Source: an uncultured Clostridia bacterium (lineage in GTDB: Bacteria; Bacillota; Clostridia; Oscillospirales; Oscillospiraceae). From it: a stretch of 64,000 nt of DNA. The notes under the pieces were generated by a model. That model made no database searches. It worked only from the letters and a program-made list of their open reading frames with translations, and was not told the origin of the DNA. Made by a program: the position numbers and the translations under genes. The stretch is taken from the NCBI GenBank assembly GCA_945864305.1, contig CAMBAJ010000002.1, forward strand, positions 1,091 through 65,090. Reading direction: 5' to 3'. Each line of letters opens with the position of its first letter. Position 1 is the stretch's first letter. Of this stretch, positions 1 through 10,694 are shown piece after piece.

Positions 1-472
1 CTGCCGTATCCTGGTCCGGGCCCCCATGCGCCTGCCCCAGGCCCACATCGACGCCTTCGTGGAGCAGCACGCGGACTGGATCGCCCGACATCTGGCCCAA
101 CAGCAGGCGCGGCTGGCCGCGGCGCCACCCGCTCCCACTCCGGAGGAAATCGCCGCCCTGAAGGAAAAGGCCCGGGCCGTTCTTCCCCCCAAGATCGCCT
201 ATTGGAGCGAAAAAATGGGCGTGACCCCCACCGGCTTCAAAGTCACTACCGCCCGGAAGCGCTACGGCAGCTGCAGCGGCAGAAACAGCCTCTGCTTCTC
301 CTGCTTTCTCATGGAATACCCCGAGGAGGCCATTGATTTGGTGGTGGTCCATGAGCTGTGCCACATCCAGGAGAAAAACCACGGTCCGGCCTTCTACGCG
401 CTGCTGGCCCGCTATCTGCCCGATCACAAGGAACGAAAAAAACTCTTGAACAGTAAGGAGCTGCCATTATGA
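1..472 (+). CDS. YgjP/M48-like (SprT-like) zinc metallopeptidase, 5' truncated by the window edge
   Basis: RYGSCS and VVVHELCHIQEKNH (HExxH) motifs typical of DUF45/YgjP; the frame is open to the window start. Confidence 0.8.
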   Translation, partial: CRILVRAPMRLPQAHIDAFVEQHADWIARHLAQQQARLAAAPPAPTPEEIAALKEKARAVLPPKIAYWSEKMGVTPTGFKVTTARKRYGSCSGRNSLCFSCFLMEYPEEAIDLVVVHELCHIQEKNHGPAFYALLARYLPDHKERKKLLNSKELPL

Positions 473-1176
473 AACAACTGAACCTCACCGAGCTGCTGCA
501 AAACAATCCCTACCCCGGCCGGGGCATCGTCCTGGGCCGCAGCGCCGACGGCAAGTCCGCCATCGCCGCCTACTTCATCATGGGGCGGAGCGAGAACTCC
601 CGGAACCGGGTCTTCACCGTCACGGAGGACGGCATCCGAACCGAGGCCCACGATCCCTCCAAGATGACGGACCCCAGCCTCATCATCTACCACCCCGTCC
701 GTCAGGTGGGCGACAGCCTGGTGGTCACCAACGGCGACCAGACCGACACTGTCCGGGACGGCCTGCTGGCGGGCAAGACCTTTGCCTCCGCTCTCCACAC
801 CCGGGAGTTTGAGCCCGACGGCCCCAACTACACCCCCCGCATCTCCGGCCTCATCTCTCCCGACGGCAGCTTCAAGCTCTCCATTCTGAAGTCCGCCGAC
901 GGCGACCCCAGCTGCTGCCACCGGTACTTCTACACCTACGATCATCCCCTCTCCGGCGAGGGCCGTTTCATCCACACCTACATGAGCGACGGCAATCCCC
1001 TTCCATCCTTTGAGGGCGAGCCGGAGCGGGTGGTGCTGGATGCCCCCAGCGCTGAGGTACTGGCGGACCAGATGTGGAATGCCCTGAATCCAGACAATAA
1101 AGTATCCCTTTTTGTGCGGTATATTGACCTTTCTACCGGTGCATACACCCAGGTCATCAAGAACAAGTTTGAATAA
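469..1176 (+). CDS. IMP cyclohydrolase (PurO-like)
   Basis: YPGRGIVLG, YFIMGRSENSRNR, TNGDQTD and EPDGPNYTPRISG motifs; ATGA overlap with the upstream gene. Confidence 0.8.
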   Translation: MKQLNLTELLQNNPYPGRGIVLGRSADGKSAIAAYFIMGRSENSRNRVFTVTEDGIRTEAHDPSKMTDPSLIIYHPVRQVGDSLVVTNGDQTDTVRDGLLAGKTFASALHTREFEPDGPNYTPRISGLISPDGSFKLSILKSADGDPSCCHRYFYTYDHPLSGEGRFIHTYMSDGNPLPSFEGEPERVVLDAPSAEVLADQMWNALNPDNKVSLFVRYIDLSTGAYTQVIKNKFE

Positions 1177-1183
1177 GGCCCCC

Positions 1184-1216
1184 AAACCCGCCGCTCTTTG
1201 AGCGGCGGGTTTTTTG
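1184..1216 (+). terminator. Rho-independent terminator
   Basis: AAACCCGCCGCTC-TTT-GAGCGGCGGGTTTTTT. Confidence 0.85.
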
Positions 1217-1295
1217 CGGAAAACGCGGCGGCTCAACCGGCGGTTTGGTGCGTTTGTCCCGCAAACCGTGTAGAATAGGCCCAGGAGGAATGACC

Positions 1296-2194
1296 ATGGA
1301 CATTTACAGACCGGTGCGTTCATCCGGGAACTGCGCAAAGAACAGGGCATGACGCAAAAGGAGCTCGCCGACCGGCTCCACATTACGGACCGGGCCGTCT
1401 CCAAATGGGAGCGGGGTCTGTGCGCACCGGACCTTTCGACACTGGAGCCCCTGGCGGAACTGCTGGGCGTCACTGTCACGGAACTGCTGGCAGGCAGGCG
1501 CATGGCGGAGGAACCGCACAAAGAGGAGATCGAGGCCAACGTGCGGAATGCCCTCCGCTACTCCGGAGACGAGCTCCGGCAGGTGGCCCGTGCCCTTCGG
1601 AAAAAATACCGGATCGTCTGGAGCTGCGTCCTCATTGCCGCTTTCATCTCTTTGGCCGTTCTCTGGTGGAAGGGCGTTTTTCATATCGTCGAACGGCTGG
1701 AGTCCCCGGACGGCACCTGCCTGCTGACCATCTACGACCGGGATGTGGCCATCGACCGCCTGTCCCGCGAGCCCGCCGTCACCGTGGTCAACCGGATGCC
1801 GGAGGGCGCGTACACCACTACCGTCTACGGCGGCGCCGCCTTTCAGGGTGCCTGGTGGTCCCCCGACAGCACGAAATACATCCTGGCTTTTGAGACAAAC
1901 AAGGGTACCCAACTGGTCCTGAACCACATGATCGGTCACAGCGCCAGCAATCTGAACGCCTACCTCTCCATGGGTGTGGACTGGGGTGAGCTGTCCGACC
2001 GCGCTCCCCAGTATCCAGAGGAGGGCGTTTTCCCCGACGTTGCGTATCAGTTCCTCCAGTGGAGCCTGGACAGCCAGTCCGCGCTGATCTACTATTCCTT
2101 TTCGGATACGGATGGGACGCGTCACGAGGGCTACTTCTGGTATAACTGTGAGACCGGCACCGTGACCGGCACTTTGAAATTGCAGGCATCGTAA
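1296..2194 (+). CDS. XRE-family HTH regulator with TM helix and extracytoplasmic domain; apparent 1-nt frameshift after codon 2 (in-frame ORF 1349-2194)
   Basis: MTQKELADRLHITDRAVSKWERG HTH; the RBS-linked ATG at 1296 is out of frame with LQTGAFIRELRKEQG. Confidence 0.7.
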
Positions 2195-2269
2195 AAACCA
2201 CCGGGAAAAGTGAAAAACCGCAAGCAAAGCCAAACGTGCAGAGAGAAACCCTGTGGGAAACTGCCGTTT

Positions 2270-2788
2270 TCACAAGAAGGCCAGCCCCTCCACGTCATGG
2301 GTAACCCACAGGAATCTTGCCGAACAAACTGTGTCCGCCGTGAACAGCAGCAGGCAGGCATATGTCACCGCGGCCGGGATGGTTTCCACGAAGGCCGCGA
2401 TGCCCGGTTGGAACAGCCGCACCGCCATGGCCGTCAGCACACCCCAGATCAGGGTGAAGGGCAGGCAGACCCGCCCATGCACATTTCCCCAGACCTTGGA
2501 ATAGTCCCAGAACCGAACGCCCAGAAACCGCTCATAGCCCCAGTGGACCGCGTACTCCACCGCTGTCGTCACCACCGCGCCGCTGCAAATCAGCCATCCG
2601 CCCCGCCTCAGTTCCGGCGGCAGGGCCAGGACCGCCAGCATCCCCAAGCCGTACACCGGGCAGAGGGGCAGCAGCAAAAAGCACTTCCGCGTCTGATTTT
2701 CCGCCCGGGTCACTGCCGCGAAGATTTTTTCCAACGCAAATCCCAAAAAACTGTATATCCAGAAATACCAAAGCGATTCCGCCATCAT
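2270..2788 (-). CDS. putative ABC transporter permease (CmpB/DUF1113-like membrane protein)
   Basis: FWIYSFLGFALE, PLCPVYGLG and WDYSKVWGNVHGRVCL motifs; GGAGG RBS upstream. Confidence 0.7.
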   Translation of the reverse strand: MMAESLWYFWIYSFLGFALEKIFAAVTRAENQTRKCFLLLPLCPVYGLGMLAVLALPPELRRGGWLICSGAVVTTAVEYAVHWGYERFLGVRFWDYSKVWGNVHGRVCLPFTLIWGVLTAMAVRLFQPGIAAFVETIPAAVTYACLLLFTADTVCSARFLWVTHDVEGLAFL

Positions 2789-2897
2789 CCCACCCTCCTG
2801 CTCCCCAGTGTTTCCCCGTGGGAGGAGAATATCCGCGCATTGCGCAGGCGGTTTTTTCGTGGTATACTGTTTTTCCAAACAGAAAGGGGCGGATATT

Positions 2898-3470
2898 ATG
2901 GCGGACAGCTGGGAGGTCCTGAAACAGGAGTGCATGCAGTGCCGGGGCTGCGGCCTGGCGGCGACACGGACCAATCTGGTCTTTGGAGACGGCGCTCAGA
3001 ACGCGGAGATTCTTCTCATCGGCGAGGGTCCGGGCCAGCGGGAGGACGAACAGGGCATCCCCTTTGTAGGCCCAGCGGGTCAGCTGTTGGACGACATGCT
3101 GGAGATCATCGGCCTGGACCGCACCAAGGTCTACATCGCCAACGTCGTGAAGTGCCGCCCGCCCCAGAACCGCGACCCACTGAACGTGGAGCAGGATGCC
3201 TGCATCGGCTGGCTGCGCCGCCAGACAGCGCTGCTGAGGCCCAAGATCATCGTGTGCCTTGGCCGCATTGCCGCCAAGGCCATCATTAAGGAGGACTTCA
3301 AGATCACCAGCGAGCACGGCCAGTGGTTCACCCGGGGCGGCGTGCAGATGACCGCCATCTACCACCCCGCCGCGCTGCTGCGGGACGCCGGCAAGCGGCC
3401 GGAGGCCTTTGTGGATTTAAAGTCTATTCAGGCCAAGGTCCGGGAGGTCTGTACCCGTACTGGCATCTGA
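2898..3470 (+). CDS. uracil-DNA glycosylase family 4 (Fe-S)
   Basis: CxxC, IGEGPG, NVVKCRPPQNRDP and YHPAALL motifs; AAAGGGG RBS before ATG 2898. Confidence 0.9.
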   Translation: MADSWEVLKQECMQCRGCGLAATRTNLVFGDGAQNAEILLIGEGPGQREDEQGIPFVGPAGQLLDDMLEIIGLDRTKVYIANVVKCRPPQNRDPLNVEQDACIGWLRRQTALLRPKIIVCLGRIAAKAIIKEDFKITSEHGQWFTRGGVQMTAIYHPAALLRDAGKRPEAFVDLKSIQAKVREVCTRTGI

Positions 3471-3511
3471 CTTTCGGGAGGGCAGTGCCCTCCCGCTTTT
3501 CTCTTATACTC

Positions 3512-3540
3512 GTTAACCTTATTCATTTTTAAGGTTGACA
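3512..3540. promoter_or_regulatory. BirA-type biotin operator overlapping TTGACA
   Basis: GTTAACCTTA-N8-TAAGGTTGAC inverted repeat directly upstream of bioY, matching the established BirA box form. Confidence 0.75.
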
Positions 3541-3594
3541 ATTGGGGTAACTCGTTGTATGCTCATGGTCAGAACTTCCAAGGAGGCATTTCTT

Positions 3595-4161
3595 ATGACG
3601 GATTCAGAAAAAACGACTTCCCGTTTTCGGACGGTGGACCTTGCCTATATTGCGCTGTTTGCGGTGCTGATGGCGGTGTGCGCCTGGATCACCATCCCCA
3701 TTCCCAAGCCCTTTGTGCAATTCACGCTTCAGACCTTCGCCGTGTTTATGGCGCTCATCACCTTAGGCGGAAGGCGGGGCTTATATGTCACGGTAGTTTA
3801 TCTGCTGATGGGTGCTGTGGGTGTGCCGGTATTCTCCGGCTTCCGGGGCGGCCTGAGTGTCCTGCTGGATACCACGGGCGGCTATATCATTGGCTTTGTG
3901 GCCTCCGCACTGGTCTACTGGCTGGTGACATCCAGGCTGGGCGAATCCCTGCCGGTGGTCATCGCCGCCTGTGTGCTGGGTCTGGTGCTGTGCTATGCCT
4001 TCGGCACCGCCTGGTTCATGGTGGTCTATGCCCAAAACTCCGGTCCTGTGGGATTGATGACTGCCCTGGGCTGGTGCGTGTTCCCCTACATTATCCCGGA
4101 CCTGGTAAAGCTGGCCCTGGCGGTGCTGCTGAGCCGCCGGGTAAAAAAGTTCCTGAAATAA
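3595..4161 (+). CDS. bioY: biotin transporter BioY
   Basis: FTLQTFAV, YLLMGAVGVPVFSG, TGGYIIGF and PYIIPDLVK motifs; AAGGAGG RBS. Confidence 0.9.
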   Translation: MTDSEKTTSRFRTVDLAYIALFAVLMAVCAWITIPIPKPFVQFTLQTFAVFMALITLGGRRGLYVTVVYLLMGAVGVPVFSGFRGGLSVLLDTTGGYIIGFVASALVYWLVTSRLGESLPVVIAACVLGLVLCYAFGTAWFMVVYAQNSGPVGLMTALGWCVFPYIIPDLVKLALAVLLSRRVKKFLK

Positions 4162-4164
4162 GGC

Positions 4165-4198
4165 AAGAACGCCTGGCGGCATGCCAGGCGTTCTTTTA
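4165..4198. terminator. terminator between convergent genes
   Basis: AAGAACGCCTGGC-ggcat-GCCAGGCGTTCTTTT. Confidence 0.8.
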
Positions 4199-4372
4199 TG
4201 GTTTCTTTTCGGATTTCTTTTTCAGCCGGGCGTCTATGGCTTTCAGGGCCTTGATACAGGCGTACGAGGCCACAGCCAGAATGCCCAGACCGCCCGCAAA
4301 GCCGTCTTTTCTGCCGGAGCGCTTCTCCATCGCCGCTGTCTCCTCTCTCCACTGATTTCAAATACGCTGCTT

Positions 4373-4867
4373 TCAGAACGTCAGACGCATGTCGTACCAG
4401 ACCACGCCGCCGTGGACGGATTTTGAGATGCCCTCGCTGACAAAGCCAAAGGTCTCATAATAGTGGATCAGCTTGTCCTTGCAGGTCAGAACGCAGCCCT
4501 TCCGGCCCTGGGCCCGGGCGTCCTCGATGACCCGCCGGATGACCCGGCCCGCCATGCCCTGCTTCCGATAGTCCGGCAGGGTGTTGACGCCGAAGATCAT
4601 CTGCCAGGCCCCCTGCTCGTTGTGGAAGGACGCGTCGCTGTACATTTCGTCCCGGAGCAGGGGCTCGTCGGTGACAAGGCCGTCCACAAAACTGACGATG
4701 GCCCCGTCATCCGCCTCCAGCAGCCAGAAGTGGTTGGGATATACCTCCAGGCGGGCGGCAAAATCCGCCGCGGTGGCCGCCTCGGCGGCGGGGAAGCAGG
4801 CGGCCTCCACCGCTGTCACAGCGGCCAGGTCCGCCATGGTGGCAGTACGGATCTGCAATGGAAACAC
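4373..4867 (-). CDS. GNAT N-acetyltransferase (polyamine/PaiA-like)
   Basis: EAACFP, YRKQGMA acetyl-CoA loop and LTCKDKLIHYYETFGF. Confidence 0.85.
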   Translation of the reverse strand: MFPLQIRTATMADLAAVTAVEAACFPAAEAATAADFAARLEVYPNHFWLLEADDGAIVSFVDGLVTDEPLLRDEMYSDASFHNEQGAWQMIFGVNTLPDYRKQGMAGRVIRRVIEDARAQGRKGCVLTCKDKLIHYYETFGFVSEGISKSVHGGVVWYDMRLTF

Positions 4868-4870
4868 TCC

Positions 4871-5425
4871 TTACTTGAGATATTGATACACCAGCAGCAG
4901 CCGGGCCGTGGAGTTGGTCATATTGACAAAGTGGTAGGGCCGGTCCGCCGCGAACCGCAGGGCGTCCCGCTCCAGCAGCTGGAAGGGCTGGTCCTCCGCC
5001 GTCAGGCTCACCGTGCCGGACATCACCGTGGCGTGGCACACGCAGCCGGGCACAGACGGCTCTGGCTCGTATTTGGCGCTGATGTACAGGTCCAGGAAAA
5101 AGCTCTCCTGCCGGGTGGCGTCGTCATAGGGAAAGCTGCGCCGCAGCAGCGCCTTACCGCCATCCAGACGCTGGGGCTTGTTGTCCAGCTCCCGGCTCAG
5201 CAGCAGGGACTCAAAATCGTCGTTCTCCAACAAGACCTCCGCCGGAACTTTCAGCGCCTTTGCCAGCTTGCCCAGGATCGCCACAGAGGGGTTGGCCTCT
5301 CCCCGCTCGATCTGGCCCAGCATACTGCGGGAGACGCCGGACTCCGCTGCCAATCGCTCCATGCTGAGCTTCTTGCTTTTTCGGATGCGCTTGATATTCT
5401 CCGCCACGGCGCGGTTCAGTTCCAT
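4871..5425 (-). CDS. XRE-cupin transcriptional regulator (PuuR/SutR-like)
   Basis: N-terminal SGVSRSMLGQIERGEANPS HTH and a C-terminal cupin. Confidence 0.85.
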   Translation of the reverse strand: MELNRAVAENIKRIRKSKKLSMERLAAESGVSRSMLGQIERGEANPSVAILGKLAKALKVPAEVLLENDDFESLLLSRELDNKPQRLDGGKALLRRSFPYDDATRQESFFLDLYISAKYEPEPSVPGCVCHATVMSGTVSLTAEDQPFQLLERDALRFAADRPYHFVNMTNSTARLLLVYQYLK

Positions 5426-5580
5426 GGGACTCCATCCTCTCCGGCAAAACAGCCATTATACTGTGCTTTTGCCTTTTTATAGTAAAGGGATAGTCGAATT
5501 TTGTCAAGTGGCCGTGCAGATATAGGGACAGGCAAAAAACACGCGCCGCGGGAATTGCATCCCGCGACGCGTGGTGTGTT

Positions 5581-7032
5581 TTATGATACCCGCTTCCAGC
5601 TGGCGCCGCCCTTAGTATCCACGATCTCGATACCCTGGGCTTTCAGCTCATCCCGGATGCGGTCGGCCTCGGCGAAGTTCTTTGCCTTCTTGGCCTCATA
5701 CCGCTGCATGACCAGCGCATCGATGGCGGGGTCCCCCTCGCCGGTGACGGTATAGCCGCCGGCGGTCTGAGCTGTCTGGGCCTTGGCCTGCTCCTCGCGG
5801 ACCTTGGCCGCCTTTTCCAGCAAAGACAGGGACAGCACCGTATCAAAGTCCCCGATCAGAGCCAGCTTGGTGGCGTCGTTGGTCTTTGCCTTCAGCGCGT
5901 CAAAGATGGCCGTCACGCCCATAGAGGTGTTCAGGTCGTTGCCCATCTGCTGGACAAATTTCGCTTTGTACTGCTCAAACACCGCCTGGTCCACTTCCCC
6001 GTCGCCGGGCTTCAGGGCTGCGATGCGGGCAACCAGCTTGTTATAGGCCGCCACGGCATTGTCCAGGTTCTCCCAGGAGAACACCAGCGCCTTGCGGTAG
6101 TGGCTCTGGAGGCAGAAATAGCGGTAGGCCAGCGGGTCGTAGCCCTTCTCCTCCAGCAGGGAGACCGTCAGGAACTCGCCCTTGGACTTGCTCATCTTGC
6201 CGTCGGCGGTATTCAGGTGGTGGACATGGAACCACTGGGGGCACCAGGGATGGCCCAGATAGCTCTCGGACTGGGCGATCTCGTTGGTGTGGTGGGGAAA
6301 GGCGTTATCCACGCCGCCGCAGTGGATATCCAGATACTCGCCGTTGAACTTCATGGAGATGCCGGAGCACTCGATGTGCCAGCCGGGATAGCCCACGCCC
6401 CAGGGGGAATCCCACTTCAGGGCCTGGTCCTCGAACTTGGACTTGGTGAACCACAGCACGAAGTCGTTCTTGTTCCGTTTGTTGGTGTCCTCTTCCACGC
6501 CCTCCCGGACGCCCACGGCCAGATCCTCCTCGTCGTGGTCATTGAACACGTAGTAGTGGCTGAGCTTGGAGGTGTCAAAATACACGTTTCCGCCGGTAAA
6601 GTAGGCGTAGCCGGTGTCCTCCAACTTCTTGACGATTTTGATATACTCGTCGATGCAGCCGGTGGCGGGCTGGACCACGTCGGGGCGCTTGATGTTCAGC
6701 TTCCGGCAGTCCTCGAAGAAGGCATCGGTGTAGAACTGGGCGATCTCCATGACGGACTTGTGCTCCCGCTTGGCACCCTTGACCATCTTATCCTCGCCCT
6801 CGTCGGCGTCGGAGGTCAGATGACCCACGTCGGTGATGTTCATAACGCGGTTCACGTCGTAGCCCGCGTAGCGCAGATACTTCTCCAGCACATCCTCCAT
6901 GATATAGCTGCGGAGATTGCCGATGTGGGCGAAGTGATAGACCGTGGGGCCGCACGTGTACATCTCCACGTGGCCGGGGGTATGGGTCTTGAACTCTTCC
7001 TTTTTATGCGTTGCCGAATTGTACAGATACAT
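5581..7032 (-). CDS. cysS: cysteinyl-tRNA synthetase
   Basis: CGPTVY, HIGN, GWHIECS and KMSKS motifs. Confidence 0.97.
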   Translation of the reverse strand: MYLYNSATHKKEEFKTHTPGHVEMYTCGPTVYHFAHIGNLRSYIMEDVLEKYLRYAGYDVNRVMNITDVGHLTSDADEGEDKMVKGAKREHKSVMEIAQFYTDAFFEDCRKLNIKRPDVVQPATGCIDEYIKIVKKLEDTGYAYFTGGNVYFDTSKLSHYYVFNDHDEEDLAVGVREGVEEDTNKRNKNDFVLWFTKSKFEDQALKWDSPWGVGYPGWHIECSGISMKFNGEYLDIHCGGVDNAFPHHTNEIAQSESYLGHPWCPQWFHVHHLNTADGKMSKSKGEFLTVSLLEEKGYDPLAYRYFCLQSHYRKALVFSWENLDNAVAAYNKLVARIAALKPGDGEVDQAVFEQYKAKFVQQMGNDLNTSMGVTAIFDALKAKTNDATKLALIGDFDTVLSLSLLEKAAKVREEQAKAQTAQTAGGYTVTGEGDPAIDALVMQRYEAKKAKNFAEADRIRDELKAQGIEIVDTKGGASWKRVS

Positions 7033-7033
7033 T

Positions 7034-7711
7034 TCAGGCAGTCCTCTCTTTCTTCGTATTCAACTCTTTCAGTTCATGCAGTTCCTTTTCCAGCTCCTCG
7101 ATACGCTGGGACATGTGCATCATCTCTTCCACAACGGGGTCCGCCACGTGAATCTGGTCCACGTCGTCGGCATAGTAGACGGGCTTGCCGTTCACACGGA
7201 CCACCCGGGCGGGCACGCCCACAGCGGTACAGCCGGGAGGCACTTCGCCCAGCACCACGGCACCGGCGGCGATGCGGGCGTTGTCACCCACCTTGAAGGG
7301 GCCCAAGACCTTCGCGCCGGAGCCCACCAGGACATTGTTGCCCAGCGTGGGGTGGCGCTTTCCCTTATCCTTGCCGGTACCACCCAGTGTGACGCCTTGG
7401 TACAGCAGGCAGTCGTCGCCGATCTCCGCCGTCTCGCCGATGATGATGCCCATGCCGTGGTCGATGACCAGGCGGTGGCCGATGGTGGCGCCGGGGTGTA
7501 TCTCGATGCCGGTCCAGAAGCGGTTCCACTGGGAGACGCACCGGGCCAGGAAAAACCGGTGGTGGACATACAGCCAGTGGGCCAGTCGGTGGTAGATCAC
7601 GGCGTGGACGCCGGGGTACAGGAGAAAAATCTCCAGCTTGCTGCGGGCCGCGGGGTCGCGGCGCTGGTAGGCGGCCAGCAGGCCGCCCAGACGGGTTACT
7701 CGTTTTGCCAT
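7034..7711 (-). CDS. cysE: serine O-acetyltransferase
   Basis: [17 protein letters not shown] and GKRHPTLG; start ATG 7711 with AAGGAG RBS. Confidence 0.95.
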   Translation of the reverse strand: MAKRVTRLGGLLAAYQRRDPAARSKLEIFLLYPGVHAVIYHRLAHWLYVHHRFFLARCVSQWNRFWTGIEIHPGATIGHRLVIDHGMGIIIGETAEIGDDCLLYQGVTLGGTGKDKGKRHPTLGNNVLVGSGAKVLGPFKVGDNARIAAGAVVLGEVPPGCTAVGVPARVVRVNGKPVYYADDVDQIHVADPVVEEMMHMSQRIEELEKELHELKELNTKKERTA

Positions 7712-7744
7712 ATTGAATTGACTCCTTGTGTCGGTCGGGAGGAA

Positions 7745-7965
7745 AATAAAAACGCCTCCCGTACCAAAGTACGAGAGGCGACGAATCGCGGTTCCACTCT
7801 CTTTTATCACTCAAGGAAGCCTTTGACGTAAGGCCGGACGGAGGGCTTCCACATCCCCCGCGCTCCCGGACGCACTTCGCAGGTTCCGCCGTAGGCGCGC
7901 TTACAGCCGGTGACGCGCCCTCTCTGTCCTTTGGATGGTCTGTTACTCTTTCCGATCATTGCGCT
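7745..7965 (-). promoter_or_regulatory. Cys T-box riboswitch leader
   Basis: T-box AGAGTGGAACCGCG (7787-7800), terminator hairpin plus U-tract (7745-7781), AGAGA/GCTG stem I motifs, specifier GAAG-TGC (Cys) at 7872-7874. Confidence 0.9.
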
Positions 7966-8109
7966 ATTCGATTATACCCCAGTATATTAGCAGGATTTCA
8001 AAGCAGTGTCAAGCGCAAACCCGCAAATCGGCGCTGATCCTGGGCAGTCCAGAGACTCCGTAAAATAAATGAACGCGGGCCGCCCATTTGGGCGACCCGC
8101 GTTTCCTGC

Positions 8110-8631
8110 TCAGAAAGAGGCGATGATGTCCTTGTTCTTCACAAAGTACTCCACACCGGAGTACAGAGTCGTCAGGGTGATGACCCAGACGCAGACGGTG
8201 TTCAGAATGGCCGGGATGGGCAGGAACATCAGCACCACGCACACCATGGTGGATGCGGTCTTCACCTTGCCGGACCAGCCGGCGGCGATGACCCGGCCCT
8301 TGTCGGAGGCGATCATCCGCAATCCGCTGACAGCGAATTCCCGGCAGATGACGATCAGCAGCGCCCACGCGGGCATCTGGCCGATCTCCACGAACCACAG
8401 CATGGCAGCCGTCACCAGCATCTTGTCCGCCAGGGGATCGGCAAACTTGCCGAAGTCCGTCACCAGGTTGTACTTCCGGGCGATCTTGCCGTCCAGCATG
8501 TCGGTCAGGCTGGCGATAATAAAGATGACCAGAGCCACATAAGTGGCGCCCGGGAAGCCCCAATACAGGACCACCATAAAAATCGGGATCAATATAATGC
8601 GCAAAAGAGTTAATTTATTTGGCAGATTCAT
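8110..8631 (-). CDS. pgsA: CDP-diacylglycerol--glycerol-3-phosphate 3-phosphatidyltransferase
   Basis: NLPNKLT and DMLDGKIARKYNLVTDFGKFADPLADK motifs. Confidence 0.95.
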   Translation of the reverse strand: MNLPNKLTLLRIILIPIFMVVLYWGFPGATYVALVIFIIASLTDMLDGKIARKYNLVTDFGKFADPLADKMLVTAAMLWFVEIGQMPAWALLIVICREFAVSGLRMIASDKGRVIAAGWSGKVKTASTMVCVVLMFLPIPAILNTVCVWVITLTTLYSGVEYFVKNKDIIASF

Positions 8632-8661
8632 GTGTTTCCTCTCCTTCTTCCAGCGGTTGTC

Positions 8662-9987
8662 TCACTCCGCGAGTTCGCCGGTCAGCTCGCCGTCCATGGT
8701 CCCGGTGAACCGGACATTGACAAAGGTACCGGGTTCCACTTCCCCGTCGGCGGTGAAATAGATGCGCCCGTCGATATCCGGGGACTCTGCGTAGCTACGG
8801 CCGAAGAACATCTGGGCCTGGCTGTCAAAGCCCTCGCACAGGACCTCCCGCTCGGTGCCCAGGACGGACTCGTTGTACTCGTCGATGATATCGGACTGCA
8901 CGTCCACCACCAGTTCCGCCCGTCTCCTGGCCTCTTCCGTGTCCACGTGGTCCATCAGGGCGGCTTTCGTGCCGTCCTCCGGGGAGAAGGGGAACACGCC
9001 CGCCCGCTCGATGCGGGTCTCCCGCAGGAACTGGCACAGCTCCTCAAAGGCAGCCTCGTCCTCATAGGGCAGTCCGGTGATGATGCTGGTCCGCAGCACC
9101 AGGCCGGGGATGCGGTCCCGGAGCTTTCCCAGCATCTCTGTCAGAGACGCCTTGGTGTCCCGGCGGTTCATGGCCTTCAGAATGGTATCGTTGCAGTGCT
9201 GGATGGGGATATCCAGATAGGGCAGGATTTTGGGCTCCGCCGCGATGGTGTCGATCAGCTCGTCGGTGATCTCATCGGGATACAGGTAGTGGAGCCGGAT
9301 CCAGTGGAAGTCCAGCTTGCACAGCTCTCGCAGCAGCGCCGCCAACTGGTGCTCGCCGCTGAGGTCCGTGCCGTACCGGGTGATATCCTGGGCGATGACC
9401 AGCAGTTCCTTCACGCCGGCGGAGGCCAGCTCCGCAGCCTCGTCCAGCAGCTCACCCATGGGGCGGCTGCGGTACTTGCCCCGGAGGGAGGGAATGACGC
9501 AGTATGCGCAGTGATTGTCGCAACCCTCCGCGATGCGGAGATAGGCGTACCAGGGCGGCGTGGACAAAATGCGCTCGCCGCTCTGGTTGGCGGTGTGGAT
9601 GTTGCCGATGTGGCAGGGCCGCTGGCCCTTCTCCATGACCTCGGCAATAGCGCCGACGATATCGCCATAGCTGCCGGTGCCCAGAATGCCGTCCACTTCC
9701 GGCAGCTCGTTCAGGACGTCCTCCTTATACCGCTGAGCCATGCAGCCGGTGACCAGAATCTTCTTGATCTGGCCCGCCTTTTTCAACTCGGCCATTTCCA
9801 GAATGTTGTCGATGGCCTCCTCACAGGCGGAGGCCAGGAAGCCGCAGGTGTTCACCACCACGACGTCCGCGCCCTCGGGGGCAGTCTGGATGTTGTGTCC
9901 GGCGGCCTGAACGGACGCCATCATCTGTTCGCAGTTCACCTGGTTCTTGGCACAGCCCAGGGAGATGAATGATACGTTGTAAGACAA
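8662..9987 (-). CDS. rimO: ribosomal protein S12 methylthiotransferase
   Basis: SLGCAKN, NTCGF, radical SAM CDNHCAYC, TRAM end SPDIDG; TTG start at 9987 with GGAGG RBS. Confidence 0.92.
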   Translation of the reverse strand: MSYNVSFISLGCAKNQVNCEQMMASVQAAGHNIQTAPEGADVVVVNTCGFLASACEEAIDNILEMAELKKAGQIKKILVTGCMAQRYKEDVLNELPEVDGILGTGSYGDIVGAIAEVMEKGQRPCHIGNIHTANQSGERILSTPPWYAYLRIAEGCDNHCAYCVIPSLRGKYRSRPMGELLDEAAELASAGVKELLVIAQDITRYGTDLSGEHQLAALLRELCKLDFHWIRLHYLYPDEITDELIDTIAAEPKILPYLDIPIQHCNDTILKAMNRRDTKASLTEMLGKLRDRIPGLVLRTSIITGLPYEDEAAFEELCQFLRETRIERAGVFPFSPEDGTKAALMDHVDTEEARRRAELVVDVQSDIIDEYNESVLGTEREVLCEGFDSQAQMFFGRSYAESPDIDGRIYFTADGEVEPGTFVNVRFTGTMDGELTGELAE

Positions 9988-10073
9988 AGTTGATTCCTCC
10001 AACAGAATTTTCATGGATTCATACGCCGCAGGCACTTCTCCGGTGCCTGGACAGCGGCGCATCTGACAGGACT

Positions 10074-10694
10074 TCAATCTTCCCAGGTCTCCGAACCCAG
10101 GCGGTTCCACGCCGCCCTCACGTCGCCCCAGGAAAAGCCCCGGCGGAGGAGGGCGTCGGTCAGGCGCTTTTTCTCCTTCTCGTCCGGCAGTTCTCCCCGC
10201 AGCTTGCTCCGCAGAAAGCGGTCCACGTCCTCCGACTGGTCCGGCAGGGTGTCCAGCGCGTCCTCCCACAGTTCCCGGGGGACGCCCTTTTCATAGAGCT
10301 TGTCCCGGATACGGGCGGGGCCGTAGCCCAGCTGGGCGCAGTGCCGCACCAGCAGAGCGGCGTAGTCCGCGTCGTTGATAGCGCCGATGGCCTCCAGCCA
10401 CTCGGCGGCGTAACGGGCCTCCGCCTCACTGGCGCCTTTCTCCTGGAGCTTCCGCTCCAGGTCCCGGCGGCTCATGGCCCGCTTGCCAATGAGGTCCGCC
10501 GCCGTGGCCTTCACATTGGAGACGCCGGCGGCCTCTTTCAGACGGTCCAGCGTGGGCTTGTCCAGCTCGTCTCCGGCCCGGAGGCCGAAGTCCAGCAGCT
10601 CCTGCTCCGTGATCTTCAAACAGGCGCCGTCCTCCAGAAATACCAGGACCCGGCCCCGCTTATGCTTGGAGGCCTCAATCCGGTCAATCCTCAT
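10074..10694 (-). CDS. recX: regulatory protein RecX
   Basis: Overlaps the recA stop; INDADYA, GPARIR and LLRRGFSW motifs. Confidence 0.88.
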   Translation of the reverse strand: MRIDRIEASKHKRGRVLVFLEDGACLKITEQELLDFGLRAGDELDKPTLDRLKEAAGVSNVKATAADLIGKRAMSRRDLERKLQEKGASEAEARYAAEWLEAIGAINDADYAALLVRHCAQLGYGPARIRDKLYEKGVPRELWEDALDTLPDQSEDVDRFLRSKLRGELPDEKEKKRLTDALLRRGFSWGDVRAAWNRLGSETWED

